From Lepidodermella squamata (lineage: Eukaryota > Animalia > Gastrotricha): 64,000 bases of DNA. The stretch covers positions 496,001 to 560,000 of the forward strand of contig JBLDXI010000010.1 in assembly GCA_047495785.1 (NCBI GenBank), read 5' to 3'. The position numbers and the translations under genes were made by a program. Shown piece by piece: positions 38,389-49,875 of the stretch (position 1 is its first letter; each line of letters opens with the position of its first letter). The notes under the pieces are model-generated. The model did not search any database and was not told the origin of the DNA. It saw only the letters and a program-made list of their open reading frames with translations.

Positions 38389-41300
38389 TCACCTGTCGAT
38401 CGATTGATTATTGTTGTTAGAATCTCGCTGGGCGTGAATATTTATAACTTGATAGCCGTTACTTTTGCTATCACTAAATGGGCTAGGGGAGGCTAATGAT
38501 ATATCATCATCTGTTGTCCTTATTGGAGTTAATGTGTGCGATTGATAGTTGAGATGGCCTTTAGTCGGTTTGAACCGCCTAATGCTGCCAGCAAGAGCAC
38601 TGAAGTCGCTGTAGTTGGAAGAGATTGAGGACGTAGCCGAGTCAACCGACGGGCTCGACTTTACCGGGTTGGGGGTGCTGCCATTGTTGAAACTGTGGGA
38701 GAACCAGGAGTTTCTGGAGTAAGAAAATCCGGGCGTTGAACCCATTCCACTGATTGCTGAGTCGGGTGGGGTGGGCGTACCAGGTCGAGACGTAGCAATG
38801 AAAACGCTGTCAATATCTCCCGATCCATGGCCTTTTTCACTGGAAGTCAAGCGGTTATATTTCCTGAAAAATGAATCGGCTGAAACTGAGATGAAATTCA
38901 ATCATCAGAAAACTTACGATAAAACAGGGGATTTCGATATTGTGTCATAAGCTGTCTGGCTGCCGTTATTGGGGCTAGCAGTAGCCGATGCTACCCCTGA
39001 ATCCGTAGTAGCATAGCCGGCTGACGAAAATTGCGTGTTATTGGAAACAGGGGAGCTCGCCTCATTGGAATGATCGATGTCATAACCATCGACAGATGTG
39101 TTCTCGTCAGAATCTTCATCGCCGTCTTCTTTAGCTACGTTGATAGTCGTCTCGCCACTCAGAGCGAGTAGGGAGTCTTCGAAATTCAAATTCAACTGCT
39201 CGTCAAGAGGCTCGCGATATTCCCAACGATTCTATAAAACCGTAATGGTTAAGCTGAAATTTGTGACTTGAGTAAATTCCTACCTCAGGGCTGGTCCAAA
39301 GTGGGCTTTTTGGGTCATTCAGTAGATTTTCGGTCAACGTGACCAGTTCAGCAAAAGTTGATCTCGCTGATGAGTGCTCGTTCCAACAAGACATCATCAG
39401 TTCATAGAGACAATCGGAAATAATTGGCAACTTGGGCAAACGCTGCTTATCGTCACAGATGTGGCGTTTCAGGTAGGATGCCTCAATAGCAGGATACGGC
39501 CTCGCCCCTCGCGTTGTTAATTCCCACAGAACAACACCATAAGCCCACTAAAAAGTTCAATTGAAAAACTTGCGAAGAACAAATAGTTTATAGGAACATA
39601 CCACATCCGATTTTTCGGAGAAAGTGCCAAGGGCCAAACTTTCTGGGGCCATCCATCTAACTGGAAGTGGTCTGCCGTGGTTTTTAATCAAATAGCTCGG
39701 AATTTCGTAAATTGCGTCAGTCTCCTCGCAACGTCTGGACAGACCGAAATCAGCCACCTTGACGATGCGTTGTTTATTTAACCTAGAGCAATAATTTGGC
39801 CTAATTTTGAGAACAATTTTTCATCAGGGATAAACTTACAGGCAATTACGGGCGGCCAAGTCTCGATGGATAATCTTTTTGTCTGCCAAGTACTGCATGC
39901 CCTTAGCTATCTGCCGAGCGAAATCGACAAGAAGAGGATCGCTGATTTGATTCGAAGCCGTCTGCACGAACTTTCTCAAATCTCCAGCATCCATCATCGG
40001 CAATACAACACCAGGATAACCATCAATGCTCGTAACGCCATGAGCGCCAAGTACGTTCGGATGGTCGAAAGAGAACATCAGCACAGCTTCGCTGAAAAAT
40101 TCTCTCAGCTGATCGACGTCGGAATACTTCTGAATAAATTTGACAGCAATGTCTTCGCCAGGTGCCTTGAGAGAGTCAGCTGAATCACCGCTAGCAGTAC
40201 GCTTGAGTTCCTTAGCGTTGAGTAATTTTCCGCTACGAACAATACCGAAAAATCCATTGCCAAGCTCGTGGCCCTGACGAACCAAGGCGGAATCGATTTG
40301 ATGCTGTTTAACGACTTCTGCCAAATCCGGTGGAAGTAGCCGCATCAACTGGTCGAAATCATCAGGTTCCATTGTCTTAGCATCCTTGGCATGAAGCGAC
40401 TTCATCCATTTTCCAAATGGTCCAGGTATGGTATTGCCCAATTTTTCCGACGCCTTGATAGCAGCCGGCGAATAGCTGTATCGCAAACAGCAGACGGCTA
40501 TGCAACCAGCGGCGATTGCAATTGAAACAACGCAGACAGGGATTACTATCGCTACGATAATTCCAACCGGAGTTCCGTGATCCGCGGTAACAGGAGCTGG
40601 CGGCGGTCTTGGTGTTCCGTTGCCAAGCGGGTACATTTCTGAGGTGTTGTATACCCAGTTGCCATGGTGGATTGCTACGTCAACACTGATTTCGGGCAAA
40701 TATCTCAGATGTTCGACGCCGTAGATTTGTTCAAGGGTGTCAATCAATCGAGCATCGTCAAAGTCGCAAATCAGTTGCGTATTCGTAATTTGGGGCTCGG
40801 GTGCTTTAGCGGTCACATTTTCGTTAGTATTTTTGACAGTTGTAGTGGTCGCAGTAGACAGGGGTGTACATCTTGTTTGACCGCCAAGAAGGGATATATT
40901 GTACGACCTCATAATTACAACATAGTCTGGATTGAAGCCGTTACCCTAAAAATAAATGAAATAAGAAAGGTCCGATGGAAGATTTTAGTGACTCACGGTA
41001 ATTTTGACTCTTCTTCTAGATATGAAGGTCACATTTGAGACCACTGGGTCCGGGAAGTAAACGAATGACATCGTTTGCCGCAGCATACCAAGTGCCTCAT
41101 TCGGGAATTGGGATCCTCCAAACGCCCCAAAATAGCCGATCGTAGAGCCATCTCCGGTTAGTGTGAAGCACAGACGCTTTTTGCCGGCCGAATATTTGCA
41201 ACCTCCAAATTCTTGCAACGGCTCGACACTTAGGGTGCTATTTGTGTTATCGGCATTGAAATCAGGGTAAAGGCCAGAAATGTCCGGGAAAGGGCAAAAT

Positions 41301-41608
41301 ATGTGCATGCCATTAACTCGGCATGCTTCCGTCAAGTTGAGATCAGGGATTTTCCCAGAGTTATTTTCTCCAAAATAATGGATGATGAATCTCGTTGTGT
41401 TGTAGGGTAGTGACTGACCGCCTGGGTTAAGCAGTAAAACGTCCAACTCGGCACCGCCGCTTCTGAAGGAGTATTTGACCGGGAAATTGAGGATTCCGGG
41501 AGGGGCAGGTCGTGGGTTCAACAGGGCCGCGAATGGGTTGGCTGCAGGGGTAATAATTTGGGCCGCAAGGGACGAAAACAGCGAGCAGATGATCACAATA
41601 GATAGCAT
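38389..41608 (-). CDS. MET/RON-like receptor tyrosine kinase 3. Exons 41608-40997, 40945-39840, 39782-39602, 39547-39284, 39231-38918, 38863-38389
   Basis: Signal peptide, YSFRSGG, VEPLQEFGGC, YFPDPVV, TM, GNGFFG, IAVK, HRDLAARN, DFG, PVRWMAPE and a long Ser/Tyr-rich tail. Introns of 51-57 nt keep the frame. Confidence 0.9.
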
Positions 41609-42670
41609 TTTATAGACTTCAATTAATTCTTAATGTAATTATTTTACAATCCATATTAGCAATGGATCAAGTTCAAGAGTCTTCTAAAAGAAAAAATTGA
41701 ATACGTCACTAAATGAAGCGGATGTTTCCGTAAGTTTCCGTAAGGCAGACCAGTTTCATGATAAACGCAGCAACAAGGGAAAGGAACTGAAAAAAGTTGA
41801 ATAATTCACCTTTACGTGGGTTATAATGACAATGCTGGCAGTATAGACCTGTGCATGTGTGTATGTGTCTTTTCGCAAGCCTACGTAAATCTCATATAAT
41901 AATAATAACAGTTTCACTTTTCCCGCTATTACATAATAAGCCTGCGAAATTGGTCGTGAACGCAGCTTGGTTTAATATTAATAAACGCGCAACAAAGCTC
42001 TTTTTCTACGACAAATGCCTACACGTTTGACACAGAACAAACTGCATCATACGCCTGCTTGGTTCGCTTGTTTTTTTCTCTCTTGTTTGTGCTCACGTCG
42101 ACGAGCTACAGGCAGGTATTTACCGTGTGCGCAAGTGCCGTAGCGCGGGCAAAAAATGTATAAGAAAACATCTATAGACGTAAAAAACGCACCGTGCCAT
42201 GCAGTTTCTCTAATATTACGTGTTACGAAGCTTGGCATTGTCTTCTGGCAAGCTTACGAACGCCTCAGCCATGAAAACGTGAACGGAATCTCAAGATACA
42301 GAAGGGCCCTGGAACAAATCCGCTTGCGGAGGCGTTCAACGCTATTTGTCGGTAAACAACGTTGCGTAGTTTCCGGTGTAATTAAGATCCGGTAATTACC
42401 CGATTAAAGCGCTCAATTTTCGGCCCAGTACCAGACGCACATTTTCAGATGCAACCTTATGATTCATAACTTCGATATCAAAAAAATAGGATGTAATATT
42501 ATTCAAATTTTTTCATTCTTTTGAATTGTTTTAGTTTGACGACTTCGCGTCATAGATTAGAGTATGGCGAAAATGAGCCGCCTTTAAAGCCAGCAAAGGA
42601 CATACATAAAATACCACCGGAGAACGTTGATTTTGGCAACAATCAATAACATTTCGATACGTAAAAGCCT

Positions 42671-43748
42671 CTAATAAATTGTTCTGAATAATGAATGCTT
42701 CAAGCTGCCTTCTCTTCTGCCAGCCGACGATTGAGCACCAGGAGGAACTGCATCGTTGAGCTGAGCCTTCACCGCTGCCGCAGGGGCTGCAGTTAGTTCT
42801 GTTGACGCCATTACAACTGGAACAGTAGTGGCGAAATTGCCAACAGTAATTTTTGCGGATAAACCACTGCTTGTCGCACTGAGATTGACGGAAGACGGAA
42901 AATCACTGGGTTGAAGAGCGCACGACAGCATATCGGGCTTTATGTCATCGAATATGACCTTGCACGGCGCTTCGACATTATTGGGGAACACCAATGTGAC
43001 TAAGAAGAGTCGAGACATTTTCACAGGATTTTCGCCTGTAATTTGAGCACCCTATTAGCATCAATTGAATGGTTCAACATTTCTAGGAGGGAATATTAGC
43101 ACTTACGGAAATATTAAGGAGACTTTTTTGAATGTTAAGCTGAGCGCCTGTGAAGCTAGGATCTGGTGAGTATCTAATTGATTGTGCTTTGCGGACAAAC
43201 GGCTCGGCCATTGCACTGGTCGATGGCGGAAAATTGACTGAAAGTTGGCCCGGCTGAACTGCGAAGGAATAGCATAGTCGCGGAACATTAATCCTTCGAC
43301 TTGCTGGTGGCAGAGGTTGACAGCCATTGAGTTGTCCCCTCGGCTCGACCATCATCGTTGTGAAATTTGGTGATGAGAAAATTGTTGACATTGGAATGTT
43401 TTCATCCGCCAAAATTTTAGCCACGTTCGGCGCTTTACAATCCACGCGGATTTCGTTGCTCAAAGGCGACGGCCGACATGGCTGCGTGATAGTTTTTGTA
43501 GGCTCTGTCGACGATCCGCTGCTGTAGTAGTAGAGATTAAACTCCACGGTCACGTTTCGACAAGACGCAGGAATAGTAGGTGCCATGAGGAAAAGCACTT
43601 GAAAATCTGTTCCGCCACTCAGAAATGCCCAGTGGTCAGGCAGGTTCATGATAGTAGGAAATCCAGCACATGGCGACGCAGCCGGTAAAGGATCTGACAG
43701 GACTAGTCTGGCAATGAATAGCACGAGTCCAATTTTTTGTAATGTCAT
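42671..43748 (-). CDS. Kinase-less, apparently secreted MET-like IPT3-IPT4 protein (paralog C). Exons 43748-43107 and 43051-42671
   Basis: Signal peptide, WAFLSGG, VEPRGQLNGC, LCYSF, YSPDPSF and LLNIS|GAQI across the shared phase-0 intron. No TM or kinase. Confidence 0.8.
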
Positions 43749-44445
43749 CTTTCTAGTTTACAGAATGATAGAGTATTGCGATAATGAGGCTATTATTGTG
43801 TTGTTATTTACCCTGAGAAGTAGCGCATTAAGACACGGTACTTGTTAATCCTCCCTCGACGCCTTTTTGCGTGCTCTCAACGAGGTGTGCTACGTGAACC
43901 TTGTCGTTCGTAGTATCGTTACACATGCACGTATTATTTATCTGTGGGTTTAATCGCCACTATGTTTAGTCTTCTTTTATGCAGAGATTTACATCATCAA
44001 CCCATCTCGAGCGCCAAACATTATACAAAAGAGCGTGGGTGGCTAATACAACAGTAATGTTCTTTGCTCGCCTTTTATCTTGGCCGCGCTGCTTACAGCC
44101 AAAGCACGTCGTTAGATCAACATTCCTGTAATGTAAATGACGTATACACACCGCAATAATAATAAAAAACGCGCAGCGCATGAGTAATCGAGCCAAAATT
44201 CGAATGAATGGATCTGCTTCATTTGTTTCTCACCGCTCACTCATAGTTTTTCCAGAGCTATTTATCCGGAATATCCGAGTCTTGCACCTAATCTTTTCTT
44301 GTAACTATAGAACCGATAAGACCCTTATCTTGTGTACTTACCGTGTGAAACCTGGGGTGCACGCCTATCAGATCGGGCAAAGCTCACCATGTTCTTACTG
44401 CGAACAGTGTTATCTAATTTCTAACCTCTTTTGCATAGACCTCGA

Positions 44446-45462
44446 ATGATGGGGGACTTTTTAAAAAGGTGGTTACATGTTAGTGAAAGTTCGAAAACGC
44501 CTAGATGGAGCGCGAACTTAGCATCAGCTATTCGATTTTCAAGCAAAGCGAGACGCTTGTCCCATTTCTTCAGAAAAATGGACTTGCAATGTAGACCACC
44601 AACAAATGTCGACGAATTCAAGGAACAAATGGTAAGTTTCTTTACCTAAAAGGAAATGTTCCTAATAATTGTTCAACAGGCGAAATTATACGGACCTCTT
44701 TTGCATCGGTCTGCTTTGATTGGTGATTTATCGAAAATTAAATCAGCAATTCGCGATGTGGTTAATATTGCTGAGAGTACTGTCGCCTTGCCAAGTCTTC
44801 GAAATGAAATCGATCTCGTTATTCGCGTGTTAATCGAACACCGCGATCGCCACGATTTCAACCGAACAGTATTGCTACAGTCTGCAATGAATGGCCACCT
44901 GCACGTGGCCAAATATCTGGTCGAAGAGCTGAAAGCTGACGTATTCGTCCGCGACGCTCTCAACGGCTCAACCGCAATTCATCTAGCTTGCCAAAATGGA
45001 CACTTACCCGTAGTCAGGTATTTGCTCGAGTGGAACCCTCACTTACTCGAAATTGAAGACCTCAGTCAAAACACTTCGCTTAACGCCGCTGCCCTAGCTG
45101 GTCATTTGCCTGTTGTGAAGTATTTGGCTAGTGAAAAGCATGCCAATGTCGAGAATATTAGCGAACCTAACGGAGCTACCCCTCTACTACAAGCTGCTCG
45201 AAAGGGGCATTTGGAAGTTGTGCGGTTTCTCATCGACAATGGGGCGAATTTCTTCGCTCGAGAAACTACAGCAGAAATGGGAGATATGGCTATCCATCTG
45301 GCCGCGGCTTTCGGTCACGTGGAAGTTGTGAAGTACCTATTACAAGAATGCCCAGATTTGCTGGAAGCCGAAAATGCGATGGGCCTCAATCCTTACGGCT
45401 ACGCTATGCTAGCCAACCAATGGCCAGTCGCTCGGCTAATCGAAAATGAATTCCGCTTTTAA
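44446..45462 (+). CDS. Ankyrin-repeat protein 1. Exons 44446-44631 and 44680-45462
   Basis: Repeated TA/PxHxAAxxGHxxVVxxL motifs. Intron 44632-44679 is in frame. Confidence 0.85.
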
Positions 45463-46083
45463 AAGTACACAGACTTCAACGCCACTGTTTCCGCAGTATT
45501 TTATTTTTTCTTTCGATGAATTTCATGAATAAACATCGGTGAATTTTTAGCATTGGTGAATCACCTGTAATATTGTTGTGGGTGAGGGATTATCCCTGGC
45601 TACACGTCAAATTGTGGTGGGCGTATGATGATAACGACGGTAGCCAACTGTCTCGCTTAATTTCTCTAAAAAATGTAGAGATTTTCCGGATAATTTCGAA
45701 ATAAAGCCGGAGGCGGTATCGTTTTCTCTGTCTCTCGCCCTAAATGTAGTTCACAATAAGAGGTACATCGTGTATCGGATATACGCATCCACTCAGGGGT
45801 TAATGGAAAAGTGCAAAATATATTGCCTTTGATTCATACAACAGACGCGGTACGGACCTATGTAAATTGCTGAGTAAACACGGTGTTGCAAAGGTATATA
45901 CATGCTACTCTTAGAGAATGCGTGGATGAGCCGTTTTTTGATCTTAGGAAGTAACACCCAATTGTACAGCTCAATAGTCGTTATCACCTCATTACCCCGT
46001 GTTACAAGTGGAAAACAGCGATATTATTCTGCTCCTTCCGGTGTTAATTGGAAAACCTCGCTCCTATCCGCAATCGCCAAGTT

Positions 46084-46557
46084 ATGAATGCCTTTAAAAT
46101 GATCTATTTATCGGGAATGATGTTTTACCTGACTATCGCTATCGTCTTTTTGACCTGGGCAACAAATGGGCAAGATATGGAAGTTGCTCCTCTTCGTCGA
46201 CCCGCCAATGAAGATCTGACCCGGATCAAACGAGCTGATGACGATGGCAGTGGTAGTGGAAGTGGCAGTGGCAGCGGCAGTGGAGACACTGAGGAGGAGG
46301 AAACTACAACACAAGTTACAACCACCGAGGAACCGGATGAAACAACTGTAAAAGGTTCGACCGTCATTCAAATGACGACAATAACTCAAAAACCGGGGGC
46401 TAACACCACCGCTGCAAATCAAAACGCGACTACAACAGTGAAATACAATCGAGTTAGATGGTTTAACAATGCTGGAAGTCGATTGGATAATTATGACCGA
46501 ATCCTTTGTTATTTTACTGCTATAAGTCTAGCTTACAGGCGTTCAGTTCACCTTTAA
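46084..46557 (+). CDS. Small secreted or cell-surface Ser-Gly/Thr-rich proteoglycan-like protein
   Basis: Signal peptide, RIKR cleavage motif, DDD(GS)6GD-TEEEE, a Thr-rich stalk with NxT sequons and a hydrophobic end. Confidence 0.7.
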   Translation: MNAFKMIYLSGMMFYLTIAIVFLTWATNGQDMEVAPLRRPANEDLTRIKRADDDGSGSGSGSGSGSGDTEEEETTTQVTTTEEPDETTVKGSTVIQMTTITQKPGANTTAANQNATTTVKYNRVRWFNNAGSRLDNYDRILCYFTAISLAYRRSVHL

Positions 46558-46868
46558 ATGTACTCTCTCCATGCTTTTCTGACATCCTTCCTCCTGGTGA
46601 GTAATAGTATGTAGTCATTTTCCTCGTTAACTTCATTAAAAAATTGTCAAGCAAGTCACGCCACTGCTTTGTTGAGACGTCACAGCTATGAAAAATAATA
46701 AAAAAACCGGTGAAGACGAGTGCCAATTCATGCGTCGTATTTCTCGGACCCCTGTAGCGTGAGTGATGAGTAATTTGGCGTGCTTTGAACATGAGTTGTT
46801 CCCGGTTTATATAAGGCAGGATTTCAGAGTTCATCAAAAATATGTTGCAATTAGCGATCATACAGAAA

Positions 46869-48087
46869 ATGGGATCATCACCGACGGCCTTAAATAATAA
46901 CGATAAGAAGGTAATTCATTCTGATGGAAATAATCTCTCTTTGATGAAGACGCTTGAAATTGTAGATTTTCGAGGAGCTTGCAGCATGGTGCCATCGATT
47001 TGCTAAATCCGGAGACGAACAAGAGCTCACCGACTTGTTCACTCAAATCGATAAAATCAATCGGAAACTAGCTCGGAAACTGATTCGCCATCAAGATGCA
47101 GAAGATTCCGAGAGGAGCCCACTTCTGCAGGCCGTGAATTCGAAAAATTTGGCGCTGGTTCACCTGTTAATCGAGAAGTATCGAGCTGAAACTTCGGACT
47201 TCGACAAAAACGGTCACACAGCCTTGCATCTTGCGGCGCTGAATGACGATTACGAAGTAGCCAAGTACCTAATGACGCAAGATTCTAAACTGGTCGAATC
47301 GATTGATTTTGCGCAGAATTCAGTCATCAACATTGCTGCTAGTCGAGGGAACTTGAAGTTACTCGAGCTCTTTGCGGAGAGCAAACGATGGAAAAATCAA
47401 AGAATGCTGGAGAACCATGGGAACAACGGTCGGACTCCATTACTAGAAGCTGCAGCCGAAGGTCATCTACCTGTGATCGAGTTTCTCATCAAAAAAGGTG
47501 CCGAAATCTCCGCAATTGAGGATTCAGATTTCGACGCGTTCACTCTGGCTGCGATGCATGGTCATCTTGACATTTGTTTGTTTCTTTTCGAGAAGGGACT
47601 CGTGGCAAATATGAACGTCCGCCGAGGTGAAAAAGGCGTGACAGCACTTCATCTCGCGGCACAGAATGGCCATGCTTCCGTTGTAGCCTTTCTCATCAGA
47701 ATCGCTGCGAATGTATGGACAAGGTCTAAAGACCGACGAGCTGCATCTGCCATTCACCTGGCTGCTGAGATGGGGCATCTTGAAATCGTGAAACTCTTAC
47801 TCGCAACAGATGGAGATTTGCTCGAAGTTCCTGACGGTTATGGCAATACGATACTAAATCTGGCTGCTACGAATGGGCACAGCAAAATTGTCGATTACTT
47901 AATTTCTCACAATGCTAACATCGAAAATCAAGGATTTTTGTATGGTTTGGGAATGATGAACTCGGTACTTCAGGCGAAGTTGGGTGGGCACGCGGAGATA
48001 ACACAGCTTTTGATGCGCAAGAAGGAATATGAAAGTGGAAAAGCATCGCCACCGACCAGCAGAAGTAAAGTAGAATTCAAGCTTTGA
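46869..48087 (+). CDS. Ankyrin-repeat protein 2. Exons 46869-46910 and 46966-48087
   Basis: About 9 ankyrin repeats. First exon MGSSPT...KK joins in frame through intron 46911-46965. Confidence 0.88.
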
Positions 48088-48598
48088 AAAACAGCTATTT
48101 CTGTTTGTTTGCCAAAATAAATATTCTAAGAAAAGCATTGACGCTTGTTTTTTTTCTCACGTGACAACATGAGACAATGCCCCGTGCTAACTGTATTAAA
48201 ACTCATTAACTCGACTTTGGTTAACACGAGTTTTCGGTGTTTTCCTACCACCTATACCCATGCTTTTTCATAAGATAAGGAAACAATTAAAGTTTCTTCA
48301 TTTAAAGTTTTCATTAAGTCTCCAATATGATATAGCATAGGCTTAAGCCTTTGTATATTTGTAACATCTAAATTGTGCGAAACCGTGAGGGTCCCTATGT
48401 ATCTTTACGTATCAATCGATTTCTATAATCTATAGTGCTGTCGATTGGGGCTCAGGTCGCGCGGCGCATTTGTTTTGGCCAAAAATGCGATGCGGAATGC
48501 GATCTGACATCAATCGGTAGCCCTAGATACAGCAATCGATTAATACATATTGATACATAGGAACCTTCACGGTTTTGACAACATTTCGCTGAAATATA

Positions 48599-49722
48599 AT
48601 GCCTAAATCCCCTATAGGACTTGTATTACTGGAATCTGAGCTACATACTTTCATCTCAATGCTGCTGTTCTTGTTTTCGACTGATTTAAGACCCGAAACT
48701 GAGCTATCCGAAGTGGAGGTAAGCAACATTGCTCTTCGAAAGATCTCCAATATGCTTTTCCTAAATAGGTTCCCGAAGACTTAGCTCACCTTTATCATGA
48801 ATTGGCCAAATCCGGAGCAACAGAGGAATTGGCTCATCTTCTAACAAAAATCTACGAAGCAAGTAAAAAACTCTGTCGGAAACTACTTCGCCACAAAGAC
48901 GGCTCGGATAATAACAGGACTGCTATTTTACAAGCTGCGTCTTCTGGAAATTTGTTAATGGTACAGCTGCTGGTAGAAAGGTACCATGCCAGGTTATCAG
49001 ATCAAGACAATCGAGGGTACACAGCCCTGCACCTCGCTACACTTCACGGCCACTTCGGGGTTGCAAAATACGTTCTACGGCACAGGCCGAAGATACTTTG
49101 TGTTTTGGACTGCATTCACGAATCAGCTATAAATATTGCTGCCAGTCGTGGGAAAGTGAAATTTCTTGAGCTGTTCCTGGAATCTCTTCCACGACGTTCT
49201 GGAATCTGCTTAGAAAATCGTGGGAAAAAAGGAAGAACTCCTCTACTTGCAGCAGCAGCGAATGGTCATTTATCAGCTGTTAAACTACTTGTGGACAATA
49301 ATGCCGATGTTTCAGCTGTTGACAGCTTGAAATACTGCTGCTTTGCACTTGCGTCCTGGCACGGCCATTTTGACATTTGTCAATATTTGCTAGGGAAAGG
49401 ATTGGTCTATAATGTGAATAAGCAGCACGGTGAGCAGGGAATGACGGCCTTGCATCTCGCAGCGCAAAATGGACACCTGCATGTCGTGTCAATGCTTCTC
49501 AGCTTCGGAGCAAATCTTTGCCTGAAAACGAAAGATAAACGAGCTTCACTTCCAATACATTTAGCAGCTGAGGCTGGTCATTTCCAAGTCGTCGAATTCC
49601 TGCTTGAAGTACGTAAAGACTTCTGTGAAGTTCCAAACGGAGAAGGAGATACCATTTTGAGATTAGCTGCTAAAAATGGGCATCCCGAAATCGTCGAGCT
49701 TGTGGTAGGAGGAAGCGATTAA
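48599..49722 (+). CDS. Ankyrin-repeat protein 3 (close paralog of protein 2). Exons 48599-48718 and 48769-49722; start uncertain
   Basis: Collinear with ankyrin protein 2 (AKSG..EL, RKLL/IRH.D, LEN.G..GRTPLL.AAA.GHL, G.TALHLAAQNGH). Confidence 0.85.
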
Positions 49723-49875
49723 TCAGGAATAAAGCTGGCTATTTGATCAAACTTTCAATTTATTGCAGCGCAATGAAAAACTGGGCTGGCTAACTCTATT
49801 AGTTTTAGTCGCATGTCATCACTTATTACGAGAATAAAACGCGGGCAGGGTTGATGAAACCAGGTATGAAATCAA

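Larger units (their letters stand above)
34623..38634. repeat. Direct tandem segmental duplication (34623-36591 = 36666-38634, ~1.97 kb, offset 2043) with a ~74-bp junction insert
   Basis: The two 202-aa ORFs are identical, and no difference was seen in the intergenic sequence on visual comparison. Insert 36591-36667 matches 32589-32666. Confidence 0.95.
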
